A stretch of DNA of 64,000 bases from Orbicella franksi (Eukaryota), in NCBI GenBank assembly GCA_964199315.1, contig OZ116703.1:3844001-3908000 (forward strand), given 5' to 3'. The notes beneath the pieces were generated by a model that was not told where the DNA came from, did not search any database, and saw nothing but the letters and a program-made list of their open reading frames with translations. Every line of letters starts with the position of its first letter. Position 1 is the stretch's first letter. Both the position numbers and the translations under genes were made by a program. Shown in pieces: positions 1 to 13,203 of the stretch.

Positions 1-2099
1 TCTCTATAGGAAGAAAAATTCCTTGACACGCGTCCCAGACGAGCCCATTTTTTTAGCCTCATATTTCGAATTTTCGTGCGTGTTCCTTCGCTCCTTGTTT
101 GGCAACCATCTATTTTTTAGGTGTTTCCTGTTTTTATTTGTATTTTAGGTTAATACCGCTACTGTCTATGCTAGTTTTATACCCCTGTCGTATCTGCCCG
201 TGGATCTTTTCCGTTTCTTCTCTACTGGTTTTCAGTTGGGTTTCCCGCTTAACATTTTGATGGTTTTTCGTGTAATACAAAAGTCAACGCTTTCTTTGAC
301 TGTTCTTAGTTTCATTACACTGGATTTTACATCCTTGCTTTTCACCTAGTGACATTGCTTGCTCTTAATAATGTAAATAAAACCACTTTAAAAGTGACAA
401 TTTGAAGAGAACGCTAATTTCCTTCCATCTCTGCTACCTGTCAAATAAGGGAAATTTTCTGCACGCTAAAGTAATGGACACATTGTATGTCAAGAGCATT
501 GTAACAGAACACTGATGCAGAACACTGTAATGGCTTCCAAATGTAAAGAATTGTGGATTGAAATCCCGAAACGTCGTTATTGCTGCGATATATGAATGGA
601 ACATTTGACACTCGCAAGACGCGAAATCGAGATTGTGAAGAATTAATAAAAAATATTTCAAGTATTTAGTAAATCATAGTCTACTGGAATGAACTTCGCC
701 TTTTCTTTCCTCCAGCTCTGCTAAAAATCATTCAATTGAGCGAATGAATTCTAGATTTGTGCCAATGATAGCGAAAGCGGATTTCGCGTGACTTCGAACT
801 GAAGAATAGAGATTGTTGCAAGTATACTTTTAACACAGCTTTCAGTGCGATATAGAGATAGTTTTAATGATCGATCTGCCATTCAATCCGATGAAAAACT
901 TCTTTGAATGACCCGATAAATGCGATTTTGAAAGGGGGGATTTTTAAAACCAACTTACCATCTGATTTTCAGTATATGTAGACAAAAAACATATGCCATG
1001 AATATTTCATTGCAATTTAAGCTAAATGGCAAAGATCACTTAAACGAAAACAACATGGAAATAAAGCTGAGGCAACTATTTAAGAGGCAATCAATCGGAT
1101 TAGTGACAGGCCAGCGAAGGAAAGACGTTTTTCTCTATACAATATAATTGCTTTCATCCTTTCAATCTTTGATCGTCTATCTTCTTACAGAATACTCGAC
1201 ATTCTTCGCAGTGCGAAGATTTTGTAAAACAATAATCATTACCATTTAGTCGGTGCGTTTTCTGAAAAACTCTCGACGTTCTTTCGCTTAAGATACCGCT
1301 CTGCAAAAACTTCGGCCATTCTTTCATCCTATTCGAATGAATGAGCGAACTAGTACCGATAAAAGCTTTGTTAAATGGAAAAACCAATTTAACTAATGAG
1401 TTTTCAAACCTTACATTAAACTCTTAACGTAGCTTGTTTAAAAGTTTTTAATAAAAAGCCAATTTCTTTGATCGCGGCCCGACAAAAGAACCTTTTTTCA
1501 GTAGGCGTTCACTTTTCTACATACCTTTCCGGCTCAATTAAACAGTCTGGAACCTCTTAGCTGTCCAAAAATCAACGAAAAAATTAAAATGTTCTTCGAG
1601 TTAACGATCTTCTAAAATAACCACTCTTTTCCGCCTCTTAACGGTGATTATCTAGAGTGTTTGCCCCTCTTAACTTAACTTTCAACGTATAATAATGGAT
1701 TGAATATTGAAAACACTGAGCGGAAACAACGCATTACGGTTAAAAGCGCCAGAAGGGCTTTGTTGTTTTACTGGATTTTTTCCTGGCAACATTTGCACAG
1801 CAGATTTCCTCGATTGACGAGGCTGAAAAGGTAAACCACAAAATTCCGCCGCTTCTCATTTATACTAATTAAACAAAAACAAATACACATGTTGTTTTAT
1901 GAGACGCTCGGGTTGTTGTTTTATGAAACGGTGAGGAAGTATGTTATATCATTCAGTTTGATGTCATTTACGTCGCTTGTTATTATTCGTGTTTACTATA
2001 ATAACAAACAAGAGGCTGCAAAAAGAAGTGTGAAGACCTTTGACATCATGGGAGTACAGTTCATTTCTGCAGTAGGAGCTGTTTTCAGTATGTTTTTCA

Positions 2100-2259
2100 A
2101 ATAGACCAATTTCGATGTATTAAATTTCAGCCTAAAAAAATAGGCCTCAGTACGAGGCTCTGGGGAATAACTACAGAGTTTGTGGGGTTTATTCCCCAGA
2201 GCCTCGTGCTCAGCTCTATTGTGTAAGGCTGAATTTTAATTCATCGAAATTGGTCCATT
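2100..2259. mobile_element. Palindromic MITE (~160 bp)
   Basis: Terminal inverted repeats AATAGACCAATTTCGATGTATTAAATTTCAGCCT ... AGGCTGAATTTTAATTCATCGAAATTGGTCCATT, plus an internal inverted pair CGAGGCTCTGGGGAATAA / TTATTCCCCAGAGCCTCG. No ORF. Confidence 0.75.
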
Positions 2260-3352
2260 CCTCTCTCATGGCCAACCTCGTTCCCAGTGTCTTATTTCTT
2301 CCTCCCTCGAGAAAATATTCGAGAAAATAGAATTTTTTTTCCGCGAGAAATTCGGGCGAGTTTCCACCCAAAAATTCCATACGGATGACGCAGCTTGACA
2401 GAGATCCGTGTCGCGTCTCTGATTGGCTGCTGCACAGTTTCGCATTTTCGCGCGCAAGTCATAACCAATCACAGTCACTGTGTGCATCTCCGTAAAGTTA
2501 CGTCTTTCACTCGTCATTTCGACCTCGTTCCCGCGCTCTACAGAAGGAAGAGGAGAGAAAGCTTGAGAACTTTCATGGAAAGGATAAAATGGGCACACGA
2601 AGATTGACGTTTGCTTTACAAATGAACAAATAAACATCAGTAGTTAGAAAATATGATTTATTAGTTTTTTTTTCCCTTGGTGTCTGAATAGATAAAGTTT
2701 AATCAAATTACTTACATCTGTAGCTGTAAACAAGATCAAGTGAAAATGTTGTGATTTGAAGTGCGAATCAGACTTTGTTTTTGAAAGTTTTTCAAAATGT
2801 TTTTCTCTTTATAGACTTCACTTCATGGACTATTTATTTACCGTTAGCTACGCTGTAGTTTGTTCAACAACGTTCACGAATAAAAAATGAAAAACAGGGC
2901 AATAAAGCCTTTTTGCAATACCATCTTTGATAGCTTTCTCTAATAATTTAAAAATCTTAAATTGCCTCTTTTATGGAATTCAAAGTCCTAAATTGTAAAG
3001 AGTAGTTTCCTTATGAAGATCATTGACAGGCTATCATAGAGCTGTTTTCTTTTAGGAAGTCGTGCCATAGACTGAGCGTAATCTTCAACAGAAAGCGCGG
3101 GAAAACTACTAAGCCAATCACGACTGGTTTTAGCTTGGACTTGATTGGCTAAAAGGTTCTCCATCCTTTCTTTCATTGGCTGAGTACGTTGCACGAACAG
3201 TAAACGAAGAAAACCAATTAAACAGCGAAAACAAAATTGTATTTCAATGGCATCAGAAAACCGCTTTTGTTGAAATCAATCAAATTCCTGGGGCTGATAA
3301 TTCAAACAAACTCCTATACCACGTCTTAACCGTAATCTACTCCTAACCTTTA

Positions 3353-3592
3353 CGTCTCGTCCACACTACGCCGAAGAAATTTGAAAACGCAGCTTTATTT
3401 CTACGGTTAGGCCTGCCGTCCACACTAATCCGTGACAAAAACAGAGCTTTCCTCAAACAAATCCAAAACGACTGGTGATTGTTGCGTTTTCACATTTCTC
3501 CCGACCAAGTGTGAACGGAAAACATTTGCTGCGTTTTCAGAGTGAAAACCCCGTTTTCAAATTTCTCCGGCGTAGTGTGGACTGGCGGGGCC
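3353..3592. mobile_element. PIF/Harbinger-type (Tourist-like) MITE
   Basis: TIRs GTCCACACTACGCCGAAGAAATTTGAAAAC / GTTTTCAAATTTCTCCGGCGTAGTGTGGAC. TTA on both flanks. Confidence 0.7.
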
Positions 3593-3847
3593 TTAAACAT
3601 AAACCTGATGGCCTCATCAAGGAAAAGTGCCCTTCTATTTAATGACGTTCTGGAATATTCGCAAAGAAAACAAAACTCTACCTACATACCTACATGCATG
3701 TCTACCTGCCTAAAGTTCTACTGAAAGAAAACTGACAAAATAAAAACCCAAACTAACTTCTCTGTGAACAAATAGACTGTCTCGTGTCTCTTAAAAAAAT
3801 CTTTTACCCCTCTACGTTCTCTTCCCATAAATCTTTAAAATTATCCG

Positions 3848-6800
3848 TTAGTTAAGCTTTAATATTGCCGCACCACTCCCTGGCTGAGTAACAAACAGAC
3901 TCTCCGATACTCGTTGAAGTTTCTCAGGGTCAGCGGCATAGTACCCGTCATGCACTTTTTTCATGAAATCATCGATGACGTCAACAGGTACCATTGATAC
4001 TGTGCAACCGCCCCATCCCGCTCCTGTGAGCCTGGAACCAACTGCGCCAGCTTGCCTGAAAAATACAGTGATTCATGTTGCAAAGACTTGTTTCTAAGTG
4101 GCCAGAAAGGTCTTTTATTTTCATGAGAAAAAAGATATTTGATGATTTCACGCAATTATGGCTTCAAATTCTAATAAGGTAAGAAAAACAGTTATTACCG
4201 TCCCTTTTGATGTTTATTTTAGAGTATGTTAGGTGGTAAGGACTATTTGAATGAATACCTGCAGAGATTCACCAACTGGTCGAGTTCCTCACAACTGCAC
4301 TCGTACATCTTACTACAGCTGTCGTGGCTCTCGTTCATCAGGCCTCCCAGAACCTAATCACAAACAAGACAACAACAACAAAAGTTTTCACGGAAAATAA
4401 CCGAAAACAAAGTCATCACATCTGGCCAATCACAGTAAACGCCGCGATAACGAAATGCACCACTGAATCAGAGCTCACAGCAAAAGCACGCAAACGGCAC
4501 CAAGCGCGAGAAAACATGCGACTGTTGCCATCCGCGGGAAAACATTCGACTGGTGGCACCCGCGGGAAAACAGCCACAAAACAAAATGCAACAACAACCA
4601 CCACCTTTAAGAGGAGGCTTTTCTAATTGAAGACTTTTTCTTGGTTTTCGTATCGGAAATCTTTGAAAACAGGGAAACCACCTATTGATTAAAACAGCCC
4701 CAAAAGCACAATCAGTGGCGACTATTTTAGGATTCGTTCCAATTTTCAGTAGTACTGTCCTTACCTGAACAGCGTTAGCAGGTTTTTCCTCGCAGACGTT
4801 TTTAAACTTGAGCACTCGAGACGCTTCAGAGTAGACATGCTTGGCTCGGTCGTGAAGTTTAAAGCTATTTACACCCGCAGTTGAGGGACTCATGCACTGG
4901 TTGATCAACTCTTCCTCCTGTAAAACAATGTAAAAGCAATGACTTGAGTTGTAACCAAGAGGCCGGGCGCACCTAATTCTAGCGAGGTTACAGCAAATAT
5001 TTATCTGCTCGTATTTACAAAGCTTGTTACCAGACTGTTACCACTTCAAAGTTTAGCCAAGCATTTGTTGCGGATGAAAATTTTATTTCAGCGTCTTTGC
5101 GCAAAACAAAAAAATGTTTTCCTTCCGTAACAAATTTGCACGCTAATGAAATAATTTTGGGAAACACAACTGGTTCCTGGGGCCTGTTTCTCGAAAGTCC
5201 CGGAAACTTTTCGGGCCCGAAAAGTCATTTTTAGCTCATCTGTATCTAAAAATGGAGAAGCGTATACGCTTGAAACTTCTTGAATGAAGAGAACCACTGA
5301 TCGTGTTAAGAATATGTGAATATGTGAATAAAACAGCTCTGTAATCCAGATATTGCTATGGCTTTCCGGGTGCGAAAAATTTTCGGGACCTTCAGAAACG
5401 GGCCCCTGGTTTGCTGGGGCCTTTTAAGAAAGGCTAGTTATTACTTTAGAAATCACAAGACCGGGAGACTAGGGCACAAATTGCACCTGGTTTTGTTCTA
5501 TCAACATACCGAGAGTTCAAAAAATTTGCAAAGCTCTTCCTTTGTGTAGGGCTCTGAATGAAGACACGAGTCGACCATCTGTACCCTGTATCAAACACGA
5601 ACAAAAAAACATACGTTACATTCTTACTCGAATCAGTTCTATCACAATAATAAATATTCCACATTTGATTTGAAAACACCTGTTCATTTGAGATCCATTT
5701 GAATTAAAACGACGCATTGTTAACTACGCACAGCTTACATTTCATCCAAGCTCTTTTCGTCGCCTTGCTGTACCTCACTCAAACGTCGCACACTTTTCCA
5801 ATCCAGGCCGCTTTCTTTAGCCAACACCTATGGGTGAAAAGAAGCGGAGGTAAATTCATAACCTTGGTTCCATAACAGTTTCTTTAATAACAATCCTCGC
5901 CGGGGACAGAAGAGTGTTTGAGAATTTATTCTGGCGTAATATTTCCTCTTCGGTGGAGTTTTCTTACTTATTTTATTTTATGCTGAGACCTTCTACAAGG
6001 TCTCTATCGGCCCTCAGATTTCAGCCGTCCTTTACGGAGTCGCACCTCAGGAGTGCTCGACTTCAGGAAGACACCCGAAACTCAAGCTTGGTCACTTACA
6101 ACATCGAGCTTCTTTTCCGTCTTTAGTCAAAGTTAGACAAACATACCTTGGCCGCTAACCGACACTCTACAACTCTGGCGTTAAAATGCGTCCCAGCTGT
6201 TGCAGATTTCTTCATTTCCACCTACATATAAACAACCTTAGTATCTATAACGGTCTTTTGATTCAGATTTAAATTAATCGCGTACTTTAAGTTAGTCAGA
6301 ACTTATTTAAGTGTCAATGTATTTAGCCCATGTGGGCTAATTGGGGACATTGTATTAACTCTACCTAAAAATTTTCATTAATAGTATTATGGGATTCTCT
6401 TAAAAAATTAAAATTGAAATATTGGCTAACAATGGAAGGAAATAAAAGAGTATATGTTGTCCTAAGAAACGCCTTAATTATAATGTTATATTAATTAAAG
6501 TTTAACATTCTAAAATTCTATATTAATGTACATTTAAAATTCTAAATATTCGTCCTCTCTTCTTAATAGATGAGCGAGGCCTCTTATTTCGGGCGAAAAA
6601 ATTTACTGTCCGCACAGGTTGCAGCAATTGCTGTTGTTACTTAGATAAGCCGAAAGGTCCAATTTTCTTATTTTATTCCTAAACGTTGCTACATTTGGCA
6701 ATTCTCTCAAGCCTTTTGGAAGCTTTGACCATAAAAGAGGACCCATGTATCACAAAATCGCGCGCTTTCCATGCATTTAGCATCCCCAATAGGGAAGATA

Positions 6801-9800
6801 AGTTAGTACTACAGAAAAGCCCAACTTTCTGCTAAAAATAAGAAGAACAATAGGGAGCAGACAAGTGTAACACTAGATGTTGCGATAAAAGTTGCGCGGA
6901 ACTTAACATCTGATAAAATGAAAGTCCTGAGTCGTTCGAAAAATGACGTGAGAATTTTAATAGCCGCAGGGATTGTGGCAATGCTTTGAAACAGTGAACA
7001 CATTTGGTTTGTCTGAGCTAGACTTCTCTGAAGTAAAAGAACTACATTATTTTGCATCAACGCTAGAAACTCAGCTTAAAATACATACCAAGCTATTTGC
7101 GATCACAAACACAATACCGTCTGGGAGAGTGACGTCATATGCCCTGATGGGATCAAACTCGATGTGCTTAGCCTATAAAGTCACAAACAAGCAAAAGAAA
7201 AACATCAAAGGAGAATTGGTATCAGGTCTTTGGCCCCCAAGTTGATTATCCCCTGACCGTTTAGTCCCCAACCAGAAATCGAAAACACTGTCTATTTCTC
7301 GCTCTTTAAGCGTGGATGGGGGCTAATCGACTTTTGGTTAGGGGCTAACCGGCTAGGGGGCTACTTGACTTGGGAGTTAAACGACCGGTAACTGGACAAT
7401 TACGTGTTAGGGAGAATTAACTCAGTGGCAAGTCAACTACTTGCATGTACATAAAGTTATCTTTCAGTGCTTCTTAGTGTCCACTGATACATAAATCACG
7501 TTAATTGGCATGAAAAGTTTGACGCATAGATGAACAATATTTTGAGTTACATTTAGTACTGAAGTATTTTTATACGTATAGTTTTATTGAGAAATTGTTT
7601 TACTTACCGTTCCTGGTTCAGCCAAAAATGAAATGGATTGGTCCATACTGTAAAACACAATAAAACGGTTACATCTTTATCAGCATCAACGACACTCTAC
7701 TTTAATATTTCATTCATTTCCTACCGCTCCCATGTGGACGCCATTCCTAATATTTTGCGGCTTTGCGTCCGAGCCCCAATGCCGCAAAACCTGTCTATGA
7801 CAATGAGTTTTAGACACGCCTAATTTCATTTAAATCAAACTGGGCTCGTTCAAAAACAAAAGAAAAAACGGTCTATGTGCCTCAAAGTCAAAACGTTTTT
7901 TCAGATGATCAAGTCATTCGGCAAACTATTGAACTTCACGGACTTGAGGCTAAATGAGTTTAAAAGTGATCCTTCACATGTAATCACTGCTTTGGCTGCC
8001 TTAATGTGGTTCATATATCAATTAAAAGTCCACAGTTCTCTCTCAGTTTTTGCTTATTTCAAACAGTTATTTTCTCAGCATGTTTCACATTCTTTTAGCT
8101 ACTTACCCTCCACCTTCAGTTCCAATATAACGTTCACATTTCGTGCAAACCTCTGCAAGTTCATGCTATGGGATTCAAAGAAAATAGCAAAAATATTATA
8201 ATTTCTATTATAAAACAAATTGTAATAGTTTGCAATTTAGATTGTAGCCAGCATCACCTGTTTCTTTTTTATTTTATTTTGTAATTTATTTAGTAATTTA
8301 TTTTTATATGTTTATTTTTTTTGTAAATATGCTGTACTATATTGTACATGTAAATTGTTATACAAATAAATATAATTAATTTAAAAAAAAATGTTTTGGA
8401 CAATGCATGGGTGCTGCAGTGCATGTACAGACACCAATGTGTGTGGATGTGCATTAATGTCAGTTCTCGGCTACTTTAAGTTGATGATGATGATGACGAT
8501 GATTTAACAGCTAATTAATGACATGAGTTAGTTTGACAAGGTAAATGCTCACAGCCTTCCAGATGGTTTATTTGATAGAAGGCAACTTCTGACTACGTGG
8601 TCTATGAGAATTTCTTTTCCCATGGGTGGCAAAGCAGAAGAAATCCTATTTATATAAGGACTTGGAAGAGAAAGTCAAAGCTGAATTCATTGCACCCCAA
8701 TCCTCCCACAGGCAAGCATAGTAAACTAACAAGAGTGAGGCTCATTGGCGACTGATTGCACAAAAAAGGCTATATCATATTTTTGAAGTGTTACAAACTG
8801 AATCTTAAGACAGCAACATCTAAGGGACTAGAGAAATGCAGGGGTTTTATTCCAGGCTGGACACCAGGCAAATTTGGGGATGATTTTATCTACCTGGTTT
8901 GACCATCTAGCAGAAATAATGTGAAGTATATATGAAATAATTCATATAGGAACTGCGGTTGTAGATGAAAGTGAAGAATTATCATCGCAGTAAATTTTCC
9001 AATTTAAGCAATTGGAAAGAAGAAGCCTGAAGAAATCAGGATTTCAACAGGATTCGAACCCATAACCTTCGCGAATACCGGTATTTGCGCAGGTCACGGG
9101 TTCGAATCCGGTTGAAGCCCTGATTTTTTCAGGCTTCTTCTTTCCAGTTGCTTGAATTGGAAAATTTACTGCAATGATCATTCTTCACTTTCATCTAGCA
9201 GAAAGTTGTTCTTATAAAGAAGATCAGTTCAAGTAGTTTTGCCCACCTGTGAAAGCAAGTTATAGTCCTGCTGAAAACATAAATGAAACCCCTGCAAATG
9301 ACGGCTGGGATTTCCCTAGCCAAAATTCACAAAGGAAGGAAGGGTTTAACTAAGCAATTTAAGTGAATGTTAGGGTAATGAAAAGTAAAATGGTTTCTGC
9401 CTTACTGACTTGTGTTGCATACCTTATTCAGTTCAAGTCCATTAGCACGAACTGTTGCCAGTCCTGAGCAGCAGACCAGAGCAGACGAACTAGACAACCC
9501 TGCACTCTTCGTCAAGATACATGTAAGTAAACAGAAAAAGAGCTAGGGGTTTAGAGAGCTTTGTAAAATAATGATACTTAGGAGAATTATTCATTAAAGC
9601 AATACGTGCACACAATAACAGCAACATAATCCACTGTGCCAAAAGTGCATTTTCTTATATCGCCAGCTCCATGAGCAGGCAAGATAAACCACATCCTGCA
9701 CTGTGATTGGCTACCTGATCAGGCAAGATGGAGCTATCCTACCCGTTTGGAACTACCTGCTATGTCCCAAAAGAAAGCCATATAATAAATTCTTTATTGA

Positions 9801-12800
9801 AGAAGCTTGTTCGGTCAGGATGGCTGGATATTGACCTCATTCTTTTTTTGTGAGTTTATGGACCTTGACTTTGTCTCATTCCATAAACACGCAAAAAAAA
9901 GAACTTGACCAATATCCAACCATCTTGACCTCACACTTGGTCAATAACCCATATGTCTGCACACATTGCACACATGTACCTACAATCCTAACAGTTGTTG
10001 CCTGCCTGTCATAAACACTGAAAAATTGTTTGCAGAAGATTTCAATAACAAGTCAGATTTGTTTATAAAAAGAAGATCCCAGGAATAAGATTTCAAACCT
10101 TTGGTACAGTTCCATCCACAACAAGGTTCAAGCCTACTGGAGATGTAATCTTCATGTGGTCCAGTAGTCCCTACAAGAATTAAAATAAATAAAACCTGAC
10201 AATGTCAAAACATTGTCCTGCTATGTTTTACCCCTCCTGGCTGGGTAGCCCAGTTACCAAGGGGACCCTGCCTCCATGCAAACAGGGTCTGCTATGAAGG
10301 AAAAAAAGCACACTTGAGTTCTAGGAGAACTGCCAGTATACACAAGCAGAACCAGAGTGAATCCAGCAGGTTTTCTAGACCTCAATCTGATTGCATAGTG
10401 AGAGGGTGTACTGGCTAGCTGAGAATATAGATGAAACTCTTTTAATATGACTTAGTGCCGTCCATTTTGATGTACCACAGAATTCTTGTAACTAATGGCA
10501 AACGAAATGCGTAGGATTCAGTGGTAAAGGTAGGTTAAGTCTGCATACAAGCCAAGTGGCTTATCAGGCCAGAGCTTATCCCAGTTTCTGTAGCATGAAA
10601 TGACTAGAAATATTTCTACTCCGCCCTGGATGCTAGTCCATTGCAGGGTTACTCCCAGCACTGAATTTGCCAGTACCCATTTCATATACATCTGGGTGGA
10701 GAGAGGCATTGTGAGAGTAAAGTGGCTTGCCCAAGAACACAACACAATGTCCCCAGCCAGGACTGCTCGATCCAGAGTCGAGTGCATTAACCATGAGGCC
10801 ACTGCGTTTCTCACTTAGCAATCAGTTGGAGGTGAATTAATATTTTTAGATTTCAGTTACCGGCAAGTGGAAATTACAAAATTTTATTTCACACAGGAAT
10901 ATGTTTGCTATAGAAAATACCCATTACCCACCCAAAGGAGGGTTATTGGAAATGGCAAGGAGGGAGAGGTCTCAAAAGCAAACTAAGACTTTTAAAGGAA
11001 AGTATGAACCAAATTTAGTATTTCTAATGGCATGGGAGGGTGGTTCAAACTAAAAAAAACCAGTAGGAGGGGTGTGGATATTTTCTGGAACAAGCCATTA
11101 TAAAGTAAACTGCTCTAAAAACATGTACATAAATCATAAATTTCTTCATACCTTATAACCACAGAGGAAATAGTGGTACCACTCTTTCCCATCAATTTTG
11201 TAATATTCACAGCTAGTACTAAAATCTCTGTCAAAATTAAAGCAAAATAATCAAACTTTTAAGTTACATCAATCTCATGGTTTATGTTTAATTTTGTAAG
11301 TTCTGACTCTTTCTCTCTCCTCTTGGCTTTCAACCTTCACAGAGATATCAGAGGAAAAGAAAATAATAATAAGTGTGATACATTTTTAGATCCTGTTTTG
11401 AGGCAGTGGTCACTTACTGAAAATCATTGAATGTATTGGATATATTGAGTGTTTTCTGATCATTAGGTGCTACGGCTATCACAATATCCTGTTCCACAGC
11501 CATTGGTAATACTCCATAGCCACAGTAATCTATATGTTCTCCTGCAAACAGTAATAATGATAATTAAGAGTTCTCAGTATAATCAAAGAAATGTACTACA
11601 GCCAGTAATAACAGCGAAATAAATTGGACAAGGGCTTTTGAGGAGGCAAAGGTTAATCAGCAGTAATTTATCATGGTATTACAATTAATCGCTGTTTACA
11701 AGGCTCGAAAAAACTTGAATTTCAGCTTGCCCTGGGGACAGGTTGCTCTCAAAATTTTGCTTGCCCTGGGAAAGTCTTAAATTGGCTGATAACTTGCCTG
11801 ATCCCTTACCCAACAGGCAAAAAAGAATAAAAAGTCGCTCAAATGCCCAGAAGGAAAATCAACTTGTCCTGGACAATGCGAGAGTGCTATTTTCTGCTGC
11901 CCTGCTGTAGCAAGTTTGTGAAGGTGATGTTTCCATTATGACATTATGCTCCACTTGCCTGCCAATGCAGCCTAACTGTTCCTTCAGAAACTAATAATTG
12001 TGTTAATCATCTCTGTCTGACAGTCTAAACAAGAGGCAGTTACTCATAGGATAGCAGAATAACCAACGCTTACCAATAATATTCACTCTCCCTGGAGCTC
12101 TGACATAGAATTCAGGAGGAGAACCATACTTGTTTAAAAATGTTCCTTTGATCTTTTCATATCTACAAAAATAAAGATAAAACCTTTACCGGTAACTAGT
12201 GAATAACATGACTAGCATCGAGTATAATCTGTCTTAAATAAGGCTACATTGTGTCCTGAAACCAAAATTTTATGAAGATTAAAACAATAGTGAATTTAAT
12301 ATCATGAGAAGTGAAATCTCAAAAGAAGACAACAACAGTGAGCTGGTCACTTAAAGACAACGAACCTAAGGCAGTTTATAGGGATTAAGTTTCCAGAGAA
12401 CAGGTAAAATGTGTGGTACATGAATAACGGAAAAATTTTAGAGCTGAGTACACGACCACACCCCCCATCTTGATAACCTCTCTTAAACAGCCACACATAA
12501 CAAAATGCCAATAAATAAACATGTACCCGCTGATAACAATTAACAAAGAAAAGAAAGAAACTGAATCAGCATTCAGCATCAGCAATCACAAATAATCCTA
12601 CCACTCTAGAATTGTCCTAGACATAAACCCACAACAGGCACAGCAACCTTGCAAAATCACTTGACTAACCCACAGCACAATAAGACAATTTGTCTCTTCA
12701 TCCAGGTTTTCGCCAACAACAGCTAACCATAAAAGTTCTTTAAAAAAATGCTCATCAATATTGAAAGATCTACTTGAGGCTTAAGTTAAATCATCACATG

Positions 12801-13203
12801 ATTTCACTTGATAACTAATGTAAAATTATAAAGCTCATAGCTTAAACAGAGCAGGAGGGCGACACGCGCGAGAATTAATTCACAATCAGCCATAATTTTC
12901 AGTGAAGAAAAACTCGTATCTTCTTTCTTGGAGAATTTAACTAATCAGCTTTCTCTAGCTACCCGTTCCTTCAACTAAAGGTCTTGGTCACCTGAAGCTG
13001 AAAACTGACCCGTAGCCGGAAGTAGTAAAATCTTATTGTTGCGCTGCTGGATTTATATCCAGGACGAAATGCATACCTCCGCAGTGACAAACGTAAACTC
13101 CGATCCCTTACCTTGAAGTTGCCTTTGTTGTAGAAGCGAAATAAACCTTTTCTAAGGAGGAAAACAATGGCGGGCTACAAACACCGCTCCCATTATCCGC
13201 CAT
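3848..13203 (-). CDS. GALK2: N-acetylgalactosamine kinase (galactokinase 2, GHMP kinase family), 15 exons, 471 aa
   Basis: Exons (minus): 13112-13203, 12074-12162, 11418-11541, 11152-11227, 10099-10170, 9423-9506, 8107-8165, 7608-7647, 7089-7172, 6147-6221, 5739-5827, 5510-5585, 4765-4917, 4259-4353, 3848-4055. All GT-AG, phases consistent, 1416 nt including stop. Motifs: [24 protein letters not shown] (galactokinase signature), [15 protein letters not shown] (GHMP ATP loop), [59 protein letters not shown]. Confidence 0.96.
4400..4580. repeat. Dispersed repeat with iterated CAAGCGCGGGAAAAC units (other copies near 3080-3260, 28040-28110, 37860-37930, 59650-59750)
   Basis: The motif (C)AAGCGCGGGAAAA(C) recurs, often 2-3 times at ~28-30 bp spacing, at several loci in both orientations. 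Confidence 0.6.
5180..5405. mobile_element. MITE with CWG target-site duplication (PHIS superfamily-like), copy 1
   Basis: TIR GGGCCTGTTTCTCGAAAGTCCC / GGGACCTTCAGAAACGGGCCC. CTG at 5177-5179 and 5406-5408. Homologous copies at 56396-56623 and 60345-60568. Confidence 0.8.
7218..7393. mobile_element. Old, diverged foldback MITE
   Basis: Imperfect ~65-bp inverted arms (...CCCCCAAGTTGATTATCCCCTGACCGTTTAGTCCCCAACCAGAAATCGA vs TCGACTTTTGGTTAGGGGCTAACCGGCTAGGGGGCTACTTGACTTGGGAG...) around a short spacer. Confidence 0.5.
8917..9197. mobile_element. Loop-less palindromic element with two tRNA-like B-boxes
   Basis: 8962-9197 is a near-perfect 236-bp palindrome centred on ACCGGT (9077-9082). B-box GGTTCGAATCC at 9099-9109 and its reverse complement at 9050-9060. 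Flanking 13-bp direct repeat CATCTAGCAGAAA at 8904-8916 and 9192-9204. Confidence 0.8.
9654..9954. repeat. Dispersed ~300-bp repeat (second, diverged copy at 33278-33645)
   Basis: Shared starts (GAGCAGGCAAGAT / GAGCGGGCAAGA) and ends (CTTGGTCAATAACCCATAT / CTTAGTCAACAACCCATAT) between the two loci. Confidence 0.6.
10523..10812 (-). mobile_element. tRNA-derived SINE (~290 bp), in GALK2 intron
   Basis: Reverse complement has an A-box-like head (GCAGTGGCCTCATGGTTAATGC), a central GTGTTCTTGGGCAAGCCACTTTACTCTCACAATGCCTCTCTCCACCCAG segment and a 3' end GGCCACTTGGCTTGTATGCAGACTT. At least 5 homologues in the window. Confidence 0.85.

Noticed and set aside
1080-1673. Possible TTAA-flanked (Kolobok-like) element
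   Set aside because: Only ~5 bp of terminal complementarity (GAGGC), so boundaries cannot be supported.
1-2100. ORFs 434-661, 1154-1387 and 1889-2104 as genes
   Set aside because: No recognisable domain or consistent exon chain. The region looks like degraded repeat DNA.
2716-2723. 8-nt minus-strand microexon-like signal (CAG|CTACAGAT|GTAAGT)
   Set aside because: No flanking exons or reading frame to connect it to; it lies beyond the GALK2 stop.
9050-9109. tRNA gene suggested by the perfect B-box GGTTCGAATCC
   Set aside because: No A-box or cloverleaf; the motif is part of a palindromic repeat.
10518-10821. Overlapping ORFs on both strands (98, 72 and 62 aa)
   Set aside because: They coincide with a SINE copy. 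Similar peptides arise at the other SINE copies (e.g. 44738-44977).
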